Below, one piece after another: positions 63,247 through 64,000 of a DNA stretch of 64,000 bases. The DNA lies in the NCBI GenBank assembly GCA_963797715.1, contig CAWCQS010000017.1:90693-154692 (forward strand), in the 5' to 3' direction. A program made the position numbers and the translations under genes. Positions within the stretch are counted from its first letter, which is position 1. The number at the start of each line of letters is the position of its first letter. A model generated the notes under the pieces. The model had not been told where the DNA came from, did no database searches, and worked only from the letters and a program-made list of their open reading frames with translations. This DNA is from an uncultured Acidobacteriota bacterium (GTDB taxonomy: Bacteria > Acidobacteriota > Vicinamibacteria > Vicinamibacterales > 2-12-FULL-66-21).

Positions 63247-64000
63247 ATGGTGGCGCCACGTATCGGTTGTTCTGGGTGGAACTACAAGACATGGCGGGGC
63301 CACTTCTACCCGCCTGAGCTCCCCGCGTCGCAATGGCTGCCGCGATACTCGGCAGTCTTCGACACCGTCGAGGTCAACAGCACGTTTTATCGATTGCCGG
63401 AGGCAGCGACGTTTGCCGCATGGCGGGCGCAGACGCCTCGCAATTTCCTGATGGCCGTGAAGGCCAGCCGATACCTCACCCACCTCAAGCGGCTGCGCGA
63501 TCCCCGGGAGCCGATCGCGCGCCTATTCGAACGCGCCCAGACGCTTGGTCCGCGCCTGGGGCCCGTCCTCTATCAGCTGCCCGGCAACTTTCATCGCGAC
63601 TTGAGCCGCCTCGAGACATTCCTCGCGGCGCTTCCAGCGAGCGTACCGCTGGGCTCGAGCGGAGCGCGACAGCGCCGGCTTCAGCATGTGATGGAGTTCC
63701 GGCATCCGTCGTGGTACGAGCCAGAAACCTACGCCCTGCTCGAGCGTTACGGCGTGTCGCTCTGCCTTCACGACAAACGTGGAGCGAAGATCTCGGAACC
63801 GCTGGTGGGGCCGATCGTCTACGTCCGGTTCCACGGCACGAGCGGCCAGTACGCGGGCAGCTACGATCGGCCGGCGCTTCGGGCATGGGCAATCCGCCTG
63901 GCCGGCTACGCCAAGCAGGGCCGTGCCGTCTATGCGTACTTCAACAACGACCCGAATGCCGTCGCGGCGGAGAACGCGCTCGCGTTGCGGGCGGAGGTCG
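63247..64000 (+). CDS. DUF72 domain-containing protein, 3'-partial (runs off the window; absent from the ORF track)
   Basis: My own translation from ATG 63247 is MVAPRIGCSGWNYKTWRGHFYPPELPASQWLPRYSAVFDTVEVNSTFYRLPEAATFAAWRAQTPRNFLMAVKASRYLTH...VMEFRHPSWYEPETYALLERYGVSLCLHD...VYVRFHGTSGQYAGSY...AYFNNDPNAVAAENALALRAEV. It has no stop to nt 64000 and carries the characteristic DUF72 motifs. Confidence 0.8.
   Translation, partial: MVAPRIGCSGWNYKTWRGHFYPPELPASQWLPRYSAVFDTVEVNSTFYRLPEAATFAAWRAQTPRNFLMAVKASRYLTHLKRLRDPREPIARLFERAQTLGPRLGPVLYQLPGNFHRDLSRLETFLAALPASVPLGSSGARQRRLQHVMEFRHPSWYEPETYALLERYGVSLCLHDKRGAKISEPLVGPIVYVRFHGTSGQYAGSYDRPALRAWAIRLAGYAKQGRAVYAYFNNDPNAVAAENALALRAEV

Noticed and set aside
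1-64000. Prophage, integron, transposon or defence-island content (integrase, transposase, restriction-modification, toxin-antitoxin, cas).
   Set aside because: No ORF showed motifs of these families. The only nuclease-fold candidate is the GxxExxY gene, and the repeat families found have no associated transposase in this window.

Overview
This is a 64-kb, high-GC (roughly two-thirds G+C by eye), densely coding bacterial chromosomal fragment with about 55 genes. The gene content suggests an Acidobacteriota-like soil bacterium, which is inference only: two ADOP/MacB-type duplicated permeases, a PVC-type heme-binding/cytochrome c/discoidin protein, a GxxExxY protein, a CarboxypepD_reg-type TonB-dependent receptor and a propeller-type histidine kinase. 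The window holds envelope and transport genes, two ECF sigma factors and three large sensor kinases. It also holds a split NHEJ set (LigD polymerase domain and ATP-dependent ligase at 19-21.5 kb, Ku at 47.4-48.3 kb), trehalose/glycogen genes (treZ plus an amylo-alpha-1,6-glucosidase) and a run of stress-type oxidoreductases. I recognised no rRNA, tRNA, CRISPR, transposase, integrase or phage genes. Five things routine annotation would miss: (1) Two sequence-related tandem arrays (33 bp x ~14 and 31 bp x 17) sit in inverted orientation around a lower-GC GxxExxY/PD-(D/E)XK gene. (2) The same ATCCGYG word recurs in the leader of an ECF sigma gene, and a 35-nt promoter-like motif is shared by that gene and the adjacent DUF4142-cupredoxin-DUF481 operon. 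(3) A GAATGCTGA-based palindromic element supplies the identical LNAEC-stop ending to two unrelated genes. (4) A 225-285-bp nested-palindrome (MITE-like) repeat is present in two inverted copies, one carrying an extra 75-bp hairpin. (5) There are about 27 single-base frameshifts, about 22 of them in the first 21.5 kb and about ten in one 1.4-kb gene. These could be assembly indels or real decay, and that must be settled before any pseudogene call is believed. All family assignments come from reading the translations, no searches were run, and frameshift positions are approximate.
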